Below are positions 54,576 to 64,000 of a stretch of DNA of 64,000 nucleotides, in pieces. The position numbers were made by a program, and so were the translations under genes. Position 1 is the first letter of the stretch; the number at the start of each line of letters is the position of its first letter. The notes under the pieces are model-generated. The model saw only the letters and a list, made by a program, of their open reading frames with translations, did no database searches and had not been told where the DNA came from. The stretch covers positions 6,597 through 70,596 of the forward strand of contig DATLKF010000024.1 of NCBI GenBank assembly GCA_035538515.1, read 5' to 3'. The DNA comes from Gemmatimonadales bacterium. Its GTDB lineage: Bacteria; Gemmatimonadota; Gemmatimonadetes; Gemmatimonadales; GWC2-71-9.

Positions 54576-56015
54576 GTGCTGCGACGGTCGATGGCGGGCG
54601 TCCTGGGAGCTGCGCTGATCACCGCGTGCGGGTCGGGGGCCGCGCACCGCGGTCGGACCGTGGTGTTCGCCTCCGGCGCGGACCTCCAGAGCGTGAATCC
54701 ACTCATCACGGCTCATCCCCTCGCGAAACAGGTCGAGCGGTACGTGCTGCTCACCACGCTGGTGCGGTACGACTCGACGCTCGTCGCCCGGCCGTATCTG
54801 GCGCGCACGTGGACGTGGTCGGAGGACCGGAAATCGCTGGTGTTCCGCCTCCAGTCGGGTGTGCGCTGGCACGACGGCTTCCCCACCACGGCGCGGGACG
54901 TCGCTTGGACCCTCTCCGCGGCGCGCGACCCGGCCGCCGGGTACCCTCGCCTCAACGACTTTGCCGACGTGGCGTTCGTGAACGACCCGAACGATTCCAC
55001 GATCGTAATCCGGTTCAACCGCCCGCAGAGCGCCATACCGGACGTGCTGACCGATCTCGCGATCCTCCCGGCTCGCCTGCTCGACTCCGTCCCGCGCGCC
55101 GAGCTGCGCCGCGCCGCGTGGAACCAGCACCCGGTAGGGAACGGACCGTTCCGCTTCGTCACCCACGAGCCGAACCGCCGCTGGGTGTTCGCCGCCAACC
55201 CAGAATTCCCACAGGCGCTCGGCGGGCCGCCCGCGCTGGAGCGCTTCATTATCGTGGTGGTCGACGAGCCCACCACCAAGCTCGCGGCCCTCACGGCCGG
55301 CGAAGTGGACTTCGCCGGCATCCAACCGGCGCACGCGGCGTTCGTGCGCAAGAACCCAGCGCTCGCGGTGCTCGACTATCCACTCATCTTTCCCTACGGC
55401 ATCGTGTTCAACACGCGCGTGCCGCCGTTCAACGACCCACGCGTTCGGCTCGCGGTGGCGCTCGCGATCGACCGACGGGAAATCGTCGACGGCTACGTGT
55501 ACGGCTTTGGGTCGGTGGCGGACGGGCCGGTGCCGCCCGGGATCCCCGGATACGTGCCGCTGCGCACTCTTCCCGCCGATCCTGATTCGGCACGCCGGTT
55601 GCTGGGTGGCCGCCGCATCGCCTTCGAGCTGCTCACCGTGGGGAGCGGCGAGGCGGCGCTCGAGCAGATGATCCAGGCCCGGCTCGCCGCCGTGGGCTTC
55701 GACGTTGCCATCCGGCAGCTCGAGCTCACGGCGTTTCTCGCCCGCGTGAGCGCCGCCCGGCACGACTTCACCGCGGCCGTAGTCGGCACGCCGGGCGACA
55801 TGGGCCTCGGCTACCTGACCACGCTCGCCGAGCTCGCCGGGTTGCGGGGCGCAACCGATCCCGCGCAGGCGCAGCGCCTGTTTCGAGATTCGCTCCCGGT
55901 GGCGTTTTTGTATCACAGCCGCGGCGTGCAGGGGATGAACCGCCGCGTGAGCGGCGTGCGGATGGATCTGCGCGGCGAGCTGCCCACGGTGACGAGCTGG
56001 CGGACGGCGCCGTGA
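54576..56015 (+). CDS. ABC transporter substrate-binding lipoprotein, family 5 (peptide/nickel type)
   Basis: The lipobox is LITACG. The SBP_bac_5-like sequence includes WHDGFPTTARDVAWT. It is divergent from the permease genes. Confidence 0.85.
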   Translation: MLRRSMAGVLGAALITACGSGAAHRGRTVVFASGADLQSVNPLITAHPLAKQVERYVLLTTLVRYDSTLVARPYLARTWTWSEDRKSLVFRLQSGVRWHDGFPTTARDVAWTLSAARDPAAGYPRLNDFADVAFVNDPNDSTIVIRFNRPQSAIPDVLTDLAILPARLLDSVPRAELRRAAWNQHPVGNGPFRFVTHEPNRRWVFAANPEFPQALGGPPALERFIIVVVDEPTTKLAALTAGEVDFAGIQPAHAAFVRKNPALAVLDYPLIFPYGIVFNTRVPPFNDPRVRLAVALAIDRREIVDGYVYGFGSVADGPVPPGIPGYVPLRTLPADPDSARRLLGGRRIAFELLTVGSGEAALEQMIQARLAAVGFDVAIRQLELTAFLARVSAARHDFTAAVVGTPGDMGLGYLTTLAELAGLRGATDPAQAQRLFRDSLPVAFLYHSRGVQGMNRRVSGVRMDLRGELPTVTSWRTAP

Positions 56016-57025
56016 CGCGGCGCGATCTCGAGTCGGCATTCCACGCGGCGGCACCGGTGCGGCTCGACTTCGCGGGCGGCTGGACCGACGTGCCCCCCTT
56101 TTCGGCGCGAGAGGGTGGGGTCGTCGTAAACGCGGCGATCGACCTCATGGCCCGTGCCGAGCTGCAGCTCGGCGGCTCGCTCATCCGGCTGGTGGCCGAG
56201 GATCTCGGGCAGGTGGTAGAGTGCGCCAATTCGGGTGGGCTGGTGCCGGATGGGCGGCTCGACCTCCTGAAAGCGGGGCTGCGGATGCTTCCGGTCCAAG
56301 CGCACTGTACCCTCACCACGCGCAGCGATGCGCCTCCCGGCTCGGGACTCGGCAGCTCGGGGGCGATGGATGTCGCGCTCGTCGCCGTGCTCGCGTCGGC
56401 GCGGGGCGAGCGACCGACCGGGCGCGACGTTGCCGAGCAGGCATGGTACCTCGAGACCGTGGAGGCGAAGATTCCCGGCGGCAGACAGGATCAGTTCGCC
56501 GCGGCGCTGGGCGGATTCCACCGGCTCTCGTTTCACGATCCCGACGTCGGCATCGAGCCGATCACGCTCGATCCGGCGTTCGCGGAGGCCCTCGAGCGGC
56601 GCGTCGTAGTGTGCTACACCGGTACGTCCCGCGTCTCGGGCGCCACGATCGCGCGCGTGATGGCGGCGTATGAGCGCGGCGACCCGGTGGTCACGAGCGC
56701 GCTGCGCGCCATGAAAGACGTGGCTCTAGAGATGGGGGAAGCCCTGCGCGCCGCCGATCTGTCACGGGTTGCGCTGCTGCTCTCCGCCAACTGGACACAG
56801 CAACAGCGGCTCGATGCGGGGATGTGTACGCCCGAGATGGCCGGGCTCGAGCGCGCGCTGCGCGGCGTCGGGGCGCTCGGTGGCAAGGCGGCGGGAGCGG
56901 GCGCCGGTGGCTCGATGTTCTTCGTCGCCGGCGACGATCCGGCAGCACTGGTCGCCGCGGCGCGCGGCGCGGGCGCGACCGTGCTGCCGGTCCGATGGGC
57001 GCGCGAAGGAGTGCGGACGTGGTAA
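56012..57025 (+). CDS. GHMP family sugar kinase
   Basis: Coupled by GTGA. The motif is PPGSGLGSSGAM. The N-terminus APVRLDFAGGWTDVPPF is typical of heptose/fucose-type GHMP kinases. Confidence 0.85.
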   Translation: MTRRDLESAFHAAAPVRLDFAGGWTDVPPFSAREGGVVVNAAIDLMARAELQLGGSLIRLVAEDLGQVVECANSGGLVPDGRLDLLKAGLRMLPVQAHCTLTTRSDAPPGSGLGSSGAMDVALVAVLASARGERPTGRDVAEQAWYLETVEAKIPGGRQDQFAAALGGFHRLSFHDPDVGIEPITLDPAFAEALERRVVVCYTGTSRVSGATIARVMAAYERGDPVVTSALRAMKDVALEMGEALRAADLSRVALLLSANWTQQQRLDAGMCTPEMAGLERALRGVGALGGKAAGAGAGGSMFFVAGDDPAALVAAARGAGATVLPVRWAREGVRTW

Positions 57026-59787
57026 CGGCGGAAGAGCTGGCGGCGCGGCGGGCCGCGATCGCCGGCGCGACCGATCTCAAGGCGCTGCTCGCGCGCCTCA
57101 CCGAGCGCGCGACGCCGCTGCTGGAGCGGCTGCCGGACGTGCCGGCGGCGAAGGCGCTCCTCTCGAGCGACGGCGGCGTGTGTCCCGACGATGGCGCCGA
57201 GCTGACCTTCGACCCGTGGAGCCCGACAGCGCACCGCTGCCCGCGGTGCGGCCGCACGTTCACCGGCGAGCGTCACGATCGGCACTGGGCGCGCTACCAG
57301 CACCTCTGGCTCGCCGAGCGCGCGGCGCACCTCGCTACCCTCGGGGCGCTCGACGACGATGCCGCGGCTGCGGCTCGCGCCGCCGAGCTGCTGCGGGCGT
57401 ACGCAGGACGCTACTGGCAGTATCCCAACCGCGACAACGTGCTCGGGCCGAGCCGGTTGTTCTTTTCCACCTACCTGGAGTCCATTTGGATTACGAACCT
57501 GCTCGCGGCTGCCGTGCTGCTGCGCAGCGCCGGGCGACTGGACGACGCCACGGCCAAGGGCGTGAGCCAGGTCGCGGACGAGGCGGCTAACCTCATCGGC
57601 GACTTCGACGAGGGATTCTCGAACCGCCAGACTTGGAACGACGCGGCATTGACGGCCATCGCGGTATGGTTCGAGGACGAGGACCTCGCCAAGGGCGCGA
57701 TCGAGGGCTCCACCGGTCTCCTCGAGCATCTGCTACGCGGCTTCGGCCGTGACGGCATGTGGTACGAAGGCGAGAACTACCACCTGTTCGCCCTGCGGGG
57801 ATTGCTCATCGGAGCGGCTTGGGCCCGTCAGGCGGGCGTGGACATGTTCGCCGAGCCGCAGCTGGCCGCGCGCCTCTCCGCCGCGTTGCTCGTGCCCGCG
57901 TACTCGGCTCTCCCTGATTTCACCTTCCCGGCCCGCAAGGACTCCCGATTCGGCGTCTCGCTCGCGCAGCCGATCTTTCTCGAGCTGTGGGAGATCGGCT
58001 TGGCGAAGCTCGTGGAGCAGGCAAATGAGGGCGGCCCTGCGTTACTCGCGAGCTGGCTCGCGGCGCTCTACCGCGCGAGCGCGGCGCAAGACCAGCTGTT
58101 CGAATCGTATCTCCACGACGCACCGATGGAGCCGCGCTCCGCTCCCCGCTTTCCGTCACGCCAGGTCCTCTCCTGGTGGGCGTTGTTGTTCATGTCCCCC
58201 GAGCTTTCCGCCGATCCCGCTCCCTGGAGTCCTGGAAGCCGGCTGCTGGAGTCGCAGGGCCTCGCCATCCTGAGATCACCGGAGCGCTACACGAGCCTCG
58301 AGTGCGGGCCCTACGGGGGGGGACACGGGCACCCCGACCGCCTGCATCTCACGTTGCACGCATACGGTGTGCACTGGCTCGCGGACCCAGGGACGGGGAG
58401 CTACGTCGCGCGCGACTTGTCCTGGTATCGCTCGACATTGGCGCACAATGCTCCGCGGCTCGATCGGACGTCCCAGCCGCGGGGCGATGCGAGCTGCGAG
58501 GCGTTCGACGCGCCCGGCGAGTGGGCCTGGTCGCGAGGCCGCTACGGCGAGGTCACGCGCAGCGTGGTCTCCGGTCCGGCGTATGTACTCGATGTCGTCG
58601 AGCTCGCGGGTCGCGGCGATCACGTGCTCGAGCTGCCGTGGCATTTTCGCGGGGCGGCGGAAGACGGACGCGGGCGCTGGAGCGCGACCGAGCTCGCGGA
58701 CGAGTTCGTTTCGCGGGTTGAGCGACTCACCCCGGACGAACCAGGGGCGGTGCCCGTGGTGCTGGAGTTGGCCGACGGCCCACACACCCTGAGGGTGTCC
58801 CTCTCATTCGACGGGGAGTTGCTGCGGGCCGAAGGACCGGGACGGCCCGGAGGCGCGCCACGGGAGACATTCTACATCGTGCGCGCGACCGGCCGCGCCG
58901 CACGCTACGTGACCGTCCTCGAGCCGGTGAGCGAAACGGCAACGGTGCGAGGAGTCCGTGTACAGGGAGGCGTGATCGAGGTCCAGACAGTCGATGGAAT
59001 CCACCGCCACGCCGCCACGCCGGGCGGCTGGGAGATCACAATGGGGACGGGCGGGGCCCGCGTTCGGCTCGCCGGTGGGCGCGCCCCCGAGCCCCCGTTC
59101 GAGCCGCTGCTCGAGCTCGACAAGCCCGCCCCGGCGACGGGCGCGGCTCTACGCGTCAGCGCCCCGCCGCCGCTCGACGGCTCGCTGGAGGGCTTCGACA
59201 CCAGCGAGCCCATGCGGTTGGAGCTCGAAGACCAGTACCGCCGGAGTGAGGAGCCGTACCCGGGCCCCGACGAGTTCAGTGCGGTCGCCCACGCCGCCTG
59301 GAGCGACGACGCGGTGTATCTCGCGGTCGACGTGACCAAACCCGAGCTGTGTTTCCGGTCGGGGAGCGCGCCGCCGCTGCGCCTCGACAATGAGCCTGAC
59401 GACATCCATTCGGACGGCCTGCAGGTGTACCTGGGCGACCCGGAGGGGGGCGGGGTGGCAGGATACCTCGTGGTGCCCGACGGCACGCAGAAGGGATCTG
59501 TCCGCGTCACAGGCGCGGGGGAATCTCCCGGCTTGCCGGGCGACGTGCGCGGCGGCTGGCGCCGCACGGTGCGAGGGTATTGCGTGACCATTGGGATCGC
59601 GTGGCCCGAGTGGCAACGCGCCCATGTCGGCGGTCAGTTAAGGTTCGATCTGCTCGTCAATGAGATGGTGCCGGGGCGCGAGCGCCGCAGCGGACAGCTG
59701 GTCTGGTCGGGGGGCAATGGGTGGGTGTGGCTTCGCGGCGACCGGCAGGACGCGGAGCGGCTCGGGGTATTGGAGCTCGTGGGATGA
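57019..59787 (+). CDS. heparinase II/III-like protein with N-terminal Cys4 ribbon and C-terminal CBM9/DOMON-like domain
   Basis: A GTG at 57019 within ORF 56824..59787. It has CPDDG...CPRCG, an alpha/alpha toroid-like middle region, GGHGHPDRLH, and a C-terminal region with DDAVYLAVDV and IHSDGLQVY. Confidence 0.75.
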   Translation: MVTAEELAARRAAIAGATDLKALLARLTERATPLLERLPDVPAAKALLSSDGGVCPDDGAELTFDPWSPTAHRCPRCGRTFTGERHDRHWARYQHLWLAERAAHLATLGALDDDAAAAARAAELLRAYAGRYWQYPNRDNVLGPSRLFFSTYLESIWITNLLAAAVLLRSAGRLDDATAKGVSQVADEAANLIGDFDEGFSNRQTWNDAALTAIAVWFEDEDLAKGAIEGSTGLLEHLLRGFGRDGMWYEGENYHLFALRGLLIGAAWARQAGVDMFAEPQLAARLSAALLVPAYSALPDFTFPARKDSRFGVSLAQPIFLELWEIGLAKLVEQANEGGPALLASWLAALYRASAAQDQLFESYLHDAPMEPRSAPRFPSRQVLSWWALLFMSPELSADPAPWSPGSRLLESQGLAILRSPERYTSLECGPYGGGHGHPDRLHLTLHAYGVHWLADPGTGSYVARDLSWYRSTLAHNAPRLDRTSQPRGDASCEAFDAPGEWAWSRGRYGEVTRSVVSGPAYVLDVVELAGRGDHVLELPWHFRGAAEDGRGRWSATELADEFVSRVERLTPDEPGAVPVVLELADGPHTLRVSLSFDGELLRAEGPGRPGGAPRETFYIVRATGRAARYVTVLEPVSETATVRGVRVQGGVIEVQTVDGIHRHAATPGGWEITMGTGGARVRLAGGRAPEPPFEPLLELDKPAPATGAALRVSAPPPLDGSLEGFDTSEPMRLELEDQYRRSEEPYPGPDEFSAVAHAAWSDDAVYLAVDVTKPELCFRSGSAPPLRLDNEPDDIHSDGLQVYLGDPEGGGVAGYLVVPDGTQKGSVRVTGAGESPGLPGDVRGGWRRTVRGYCVTIGIAWPEWQRAHVGGQLRFDLLVNEMVPGRERRSGQLVWSGGNGWVWLRGDRQDAERLGVLELVG

Positions 59788-60533
59788 TCGTCGTCGTCCT
59801 CCACGAGCCCCAAGAGCTCGTCAACATCGCCCACGTGGTACGTGCGGTCAAGAACTTCGGGTTCAGGGACCTGCGCTTGGTGAGCCCGCGGGAATACGAC
59901 GCGTATCGCGTGGAGGGGATCGCGCACCAGGCGCAAGACGTGCTGGCGCGCGTGGCCGTGTTCGACCGCCTCGACGGCGCTCTGGCGGACTGCGTCCACG
60001 TCGTGGGATTCACGGCGCGGGGCCGCAGCGCCAAGCGCAACCTGCAGCGCCCCCGCGAGGCCGCCGCCGAAGTGCTCGAGCGGGCCGAAGCCGGGCCGGT
60101 CGCGCTGCTGTTCGGACGTGAGGACAAAGGCTTGCCCAATGAGGCACTCGACTTGTGCCACCGCGTGGTGACGATTCCCACCAATCCGGCGTACGCCTCG
60201 CTCAACCTGGCGCACGCCGTGGTGCTCATGCTCTATGAGCTGGCGCTGGCGCGCGGCGATGAGCGCCGGCCGTTCAAGGCACCGCGCCGTAAAGGGGCCG
60301 TGCCGGCGCGGGTCGAGCAGTTGGAGCGCCTGTTCGCGGACGTCGAGGCGGGACTGCGGGCGATCGAGTTCTTCAAGACGCGCCAGTCCGAGGGCGTGAT
60401 GCGCACGCTGCGGGAAGTGATTCACCGCACGCCGCTCGATGAGCGCGAGGCGAAGCTGCTCCGGGCCATGGCGATCGAGGTGGCGAAATACGGTGAGCGA
60501 CTGGCGCGTTCCCGGGTACACGTCGACCGGTAG
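59784..60533 (+). CDS. trmJ: SpoU/TrmH class RNA 2'-O-methyltransferase, TrmJ/LasT-like
   Basis: Coupled by ATGA. The sequence is IVVVLHEPQELVNIAHVVRAVKNFGF...LFGREDKGL...IPTNPAYASLNLAHAV. Confidence 0.8.
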   Translation: MIVVVLHEPQELVNIAHVVRAVKNFGFRDLRLVSPREYDAYRVEGIAHQAQDVLARVAVFDRLDGALADCVHVVGFTARGRSAKRNLQRPREAAAEVLERAEAGPVALLFGREDKGLPNEALDLCHRVVTIPTNPAYASLNLAHAVVLMLYELALARGDERRPFKAPRRKGAVPARVEQLERLFADVEAGLRAIEFFKTRQSEGVMRTLREVIHRTPLDEREAKLLRAMAIEVAKYGERLARSRVHVDR

Positions 60534-61674
60534 CAAGCGACCCGACGCCCTGTTCGGCGCCCTTACGCCGGACGAGGCCGCGAGCCCGCCCACGCGCCTG
60601 ACGCGCGCCGCGGGCTGTCGCGTGTGGGATGCGGCCGGACGCGAGTATGTGGACTATGTGATGGCGCTCGGCGCTGTCGCGCTCGGCTACGGTCACACGG
60701 CCGTGAATCACGCCGCCGCGCAGGCGATGGCCGCGGGCGTGGCCGGCCCGTTGCCACCGATGCTCGAAGAGGAGCTCGCGGAGGCGCTCGCCCATCGCAT
60801 CCCCTGGCTCGAGCAGGTGCGGTTTCTCAAGACCGGCGCCGAAGCGGTGGCCGCTGCCGTGCGGCTCGCACGGGTCGTCACCGGGCGCGAGCGCGTCCTG
60901 GGGTGCGGCTATCACGGGTGGCTCGACTGGTGCCAGGGCGGGGAAGGGGTGCCCGGGGCGACGCGGGCGCTCTACGCCGAAATCCCGTTCAACGACGTGG
61001 ACGGCACGCGGCGCTTGATACGCGAGGTGGGGGATCGCCTGGCGGTGGTGGTGATCGAGCCCTTGATCGTGGTCGAGCCGACGCGCGAGTGGCTCGAGGC
61101 GGTGCGCGCCGAGACGACGCGGGTGGGCGCGGTGCTGGTGTTCGACGAGATCAAGACCGCGTTCCGGCTGGCGATCGGCGGGGCCGCCGAGCACTACGGC
61201 GTCCGGCCCGACCTCGCGGTGCTCGGAAAGGCGATCGCCAACGGCTTCCCGCTGGCGGTGGTCGGGGGTCACGCCGAGCTGATGGCAGCGGTGACGCGCA
61301 CGTGGATCTCCTCGACGCTCGCGACCGAGAGTGTGGCGCTCGCCGCGGCTCGCGCGACACTGGACGTGTTCGTCCGCGAGAACGTGTGCGGGCACCTTCA
61401 CCGTGTCGGCACACGGTTGTTGCACGGCCTGCATCGCTTGCATCGCGAGCATGGCCAGCTGGTGACCGGCGTCGGCGGGATCGCCGAGATGTGCTTTCTG
61501 CACTTCGCGAGCGAGCGGGTGTCGCAGGCGGTCGCCCGGGCCTGCGCCGCTCGGGGACTGCTCTTCAAGCGGACGGCGTACAACTTCGTGTCGCTGGCCC
61601 ACGACGAGCAGACGGTGGACCGCACGCTCGAAGTACTGGACGAGGCTCTGACGAAGGAGCTGCCCGACGCCTAG
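60493..61674 (+). CDS. class III PLP aminotransferase (glutamate-1-semialdehyde aminomutase-like)
   Basis: ORF 60439..61674. A candidate GTG at 60493 overlaps trmJ by 41 nt. Motifs FDEIKTAFR and LGKAIANGFP (Schiff-base Lys context) are present. The start is uncertain. Confidence 0.8.
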   Translation: MSDWRVPGYTSTGSKRPDALFGALTPDEAASPPTRLTRAAGCRVWDAAGREYVDYVMALGAVALGYGHTAVNHAAAQAMAAGVAGPLPPMLEEELAEALAHRIPWLEQVRFLKTGAEAVAAAVRLARVVTGRERVLGCGYHGWLDWCQGGEGVPGATRALYAEIPFNDVDGTRRLIREVGDRLAVVVIEPLIVVEPTREWLEAVRAETTRVGAVLVFDEIKTAFRLAIGGAAEHYGVRPDLAVLGKAIANGFPLAVVGGHAELMAAVTRTWISSTLATESVALAAARATLDVFVRENVCGHLHRVGTRLLHGLHRLHREHGQLVTGVGGIAEMCFLHFASERVSQAVARACAARGLLFKRTAYNFVSLAHDEQTVDRTLEVLDEALTKELPDA

Positions 61675-61704
61675 AATGGAAGTGATGCCCACCTTGGCCG
61701 GCCT

Positions 61705-63155
61705 GTGACCCTCCAGCGCAAACTGCTGCTCGGCTTCTCGCTGATGGTGCTTCCCGCACTGCTCGTCGGGCTACAGGCGATCCGCACGAACGCGCTCGAG
61801 CGCGCCACGCTCGAGGACCTGGGCCGGCGTCTGGCCCGCTCGCGCACGTACGCCGAGGTGGAGGACGCCATGTTCAATCAGACCCAGGTGGTGTGGCGGT
61901 ACCTGGCTGGCGATCCCGCGGCCAAACCGGAGTTCCCGCTCACGCAGCAGGTCGTGGCCTATTGGCTCGATCGTTGGGCGGAGGGGCTGCCGCCCGACGA
62001 GATCCGGCTGGCGAGCGGCGTCAAGAACATCGAAGCGGATATCCAGGCGGTCGCCGGTCGCGTGTTCAAGCTGTACGACGCCGGGCAACGCCAAGCTGCG
62101 TACACCACCGCACGCCAGGAGTTGGTGGAGCGTCTGCAACCGGCGCTGGCGGAAGTGAACCGCGAGATCTACCGCCAGGCCCGCGAGTTCAGCGTGCAGC
62201 GCGCCTTTTCGCAGGTCGCGGCGATCGTCGAGACGGAACGGCGCGTGCTGTGGGCGATCATCGGTCTGGCGTTGCTCGCGGGCCTCGTGGCGTCGTGGCT
62301 CATCTCGCGCAGCTTGGCCCGGCCGCTCAACGAGCTGCGGCGTGCCATGGCCGCCGTCGGCGCGGGCGACCTCGAGCGACCTATCGAGCCGAGTAGTCGC
62401 GACGAGATCGGCGATCTCGCGCGCGCCTTCGCCCAGATGACGGAGAAGGTGCGCCAGTCCCGCGCGCAGCTGGTCCAGTCGGAGCGGCTGGCCTCGATCG
62501 GGCAGATGGCGGCGGCCGTGGCCCACGGGCTCCGCAATCCGTTGGCGAGCCTGCGGGCGGCCGCGCAGCTCGCCCACCATCGTATCGACCTCCCCGCCGC
62601 GCGCGAGCCGCTGAGCGCCATCGTCGAGCAGGTGGATCGTCTCGACCAGCGGATCGCTCACCTGCTGACGTTCTCACGACCCGGGTCATTGCATCCGCGT
62701 CATGAGAGCGTGCAGGCGCTCGTCGACGGCGCCCTCTCCGGGTTCGGGGAGCTGCTGCGACGGCGCCGCGTCGAGCTGGTGGTGAGCGTGGCGCCGGCGA
62801 TTCCCGAAATCGTCGTCGACCCGATGCGGCTCGAGCAGGCACTGACCGAAATCGTCTCCAACGCCCTCGACGCCATGCCGCAGGGCGGTCGGCTCGAGAT
62901 CGCTGCCCGCGCCGACGGTGGGGAGCCCGGGAAGGACGGGGCGGGCGTCGCCGTCGAAATCTCCGATTCGGGCGGCGGGATTCCCGCCGAAGTCCTGCCC
63001 AACGTGTGTGAGCCGTTCTTCACCACACGGCCCGAAGGCACGGGGCTCGGCCTCGCCATCGCGAAGCGCTTCGTCGAGGAGACCGGCGGCCGGCTCGCGA
63101 TTCGGAGCACGCTCGGACGCGGCACCACCCTTCGGATTTGGCTGCCGGCAGCCAC

Positions 63156-63159
<4 letters not shown>
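61705..63159 (+). CDS. sensor histidine kinase (TM-sensor-TM, HAMP, HisKA, HATPase_c), NtrB/AtoS-like
   Basis: HAMP (SRDEIGDLARAFAQM), H-box AHGLRNPL, DSGGGIP and GTGLGLAIAKR. Confidence 0.9.

Positions 63160-64000
<841 letters not shown>

Overview
The window is a very GC-rich bacterial chromosomal segment. Gene content and protein style look like Gemmatimonadota or Acidobacteriota, but that is my inference and was not searched. It is densely coding, with about 60 CDS. I saw no rRNA, tRNA, CRISPR array, transposase or prophage. Many of the long ORFs in the six-frame track are antisense or out-of-frame artefacts of the high GC content, and several real genes begin well inside the listed ORF. 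I re-derived starts from homology-style N-termini, Shine-Dalgarno (SD) motifs and start/stop overlaps. ATGA or GTGA coupling occurs at 565, 9825, 13492, 15165, 15440, 19171, 50465, 52690, 53556, 56012, 59784 and 63156.

Recognisable content:
- Secreted amidohydrolases and an S9 peptidase.
- A ClC channel.
- A GMC oxidoreductase, its small subunit and an FMO.
- An ArsR-SRPBCC-DinB operon.
- A GGDEF protein, RidA, TrxC and a TM2-domain protein.
- pntAA-pntAB-pntB.
- GT4, VOC and OsmC.
- GIY-YIG and SURF1.
- A cold-shock locus: rpsU-cspA divergent from a DEAD-box helicase.
- gltA and an acyl-CoA dehydrogenase.
- A large PIG-L/LmbE protein.
- An SSS symporter and an MFS transporter.
- A phosphodiesterase.
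- An ABC-2 exporter.
- A Ser/Thr kinase and FHA-domain cluster.
- Hybrid and NtrBC-type two-component systems.
- A beta-propeller phosphoesterase, GH38 and an esterase.
- Peptide ABC permeases with a D-aminoacylase.
- An SBP-GHMP kinase-heparinase II/III-TrmJ-aminotransferase operon.

I found no obvious canonical defence or mobile system. The signals most worth a second look are:
1. A set of intergenic 'mirror arrays'. These are short tandem repeats followed by their own reverse complement, with a different unit at each locus: period 7 at 13972, period 13 at 21444, period 10 at 24141 and period 7-8 at 30682. One of them is a 114-nt near-perfect palindrome abutting the SD of the cold-shock helicase.
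2. A divergent kinase module: a soluble tandem pseudokinase-kinase opposite an operon encoding a lipoprotein, an Arg-rich [D/E]RR hexad-repeat miniprotein and a dual-FHA/transmembrane/coiled-coil/trypsin-like protease.

All family names come from reading the translations. No database search was run.
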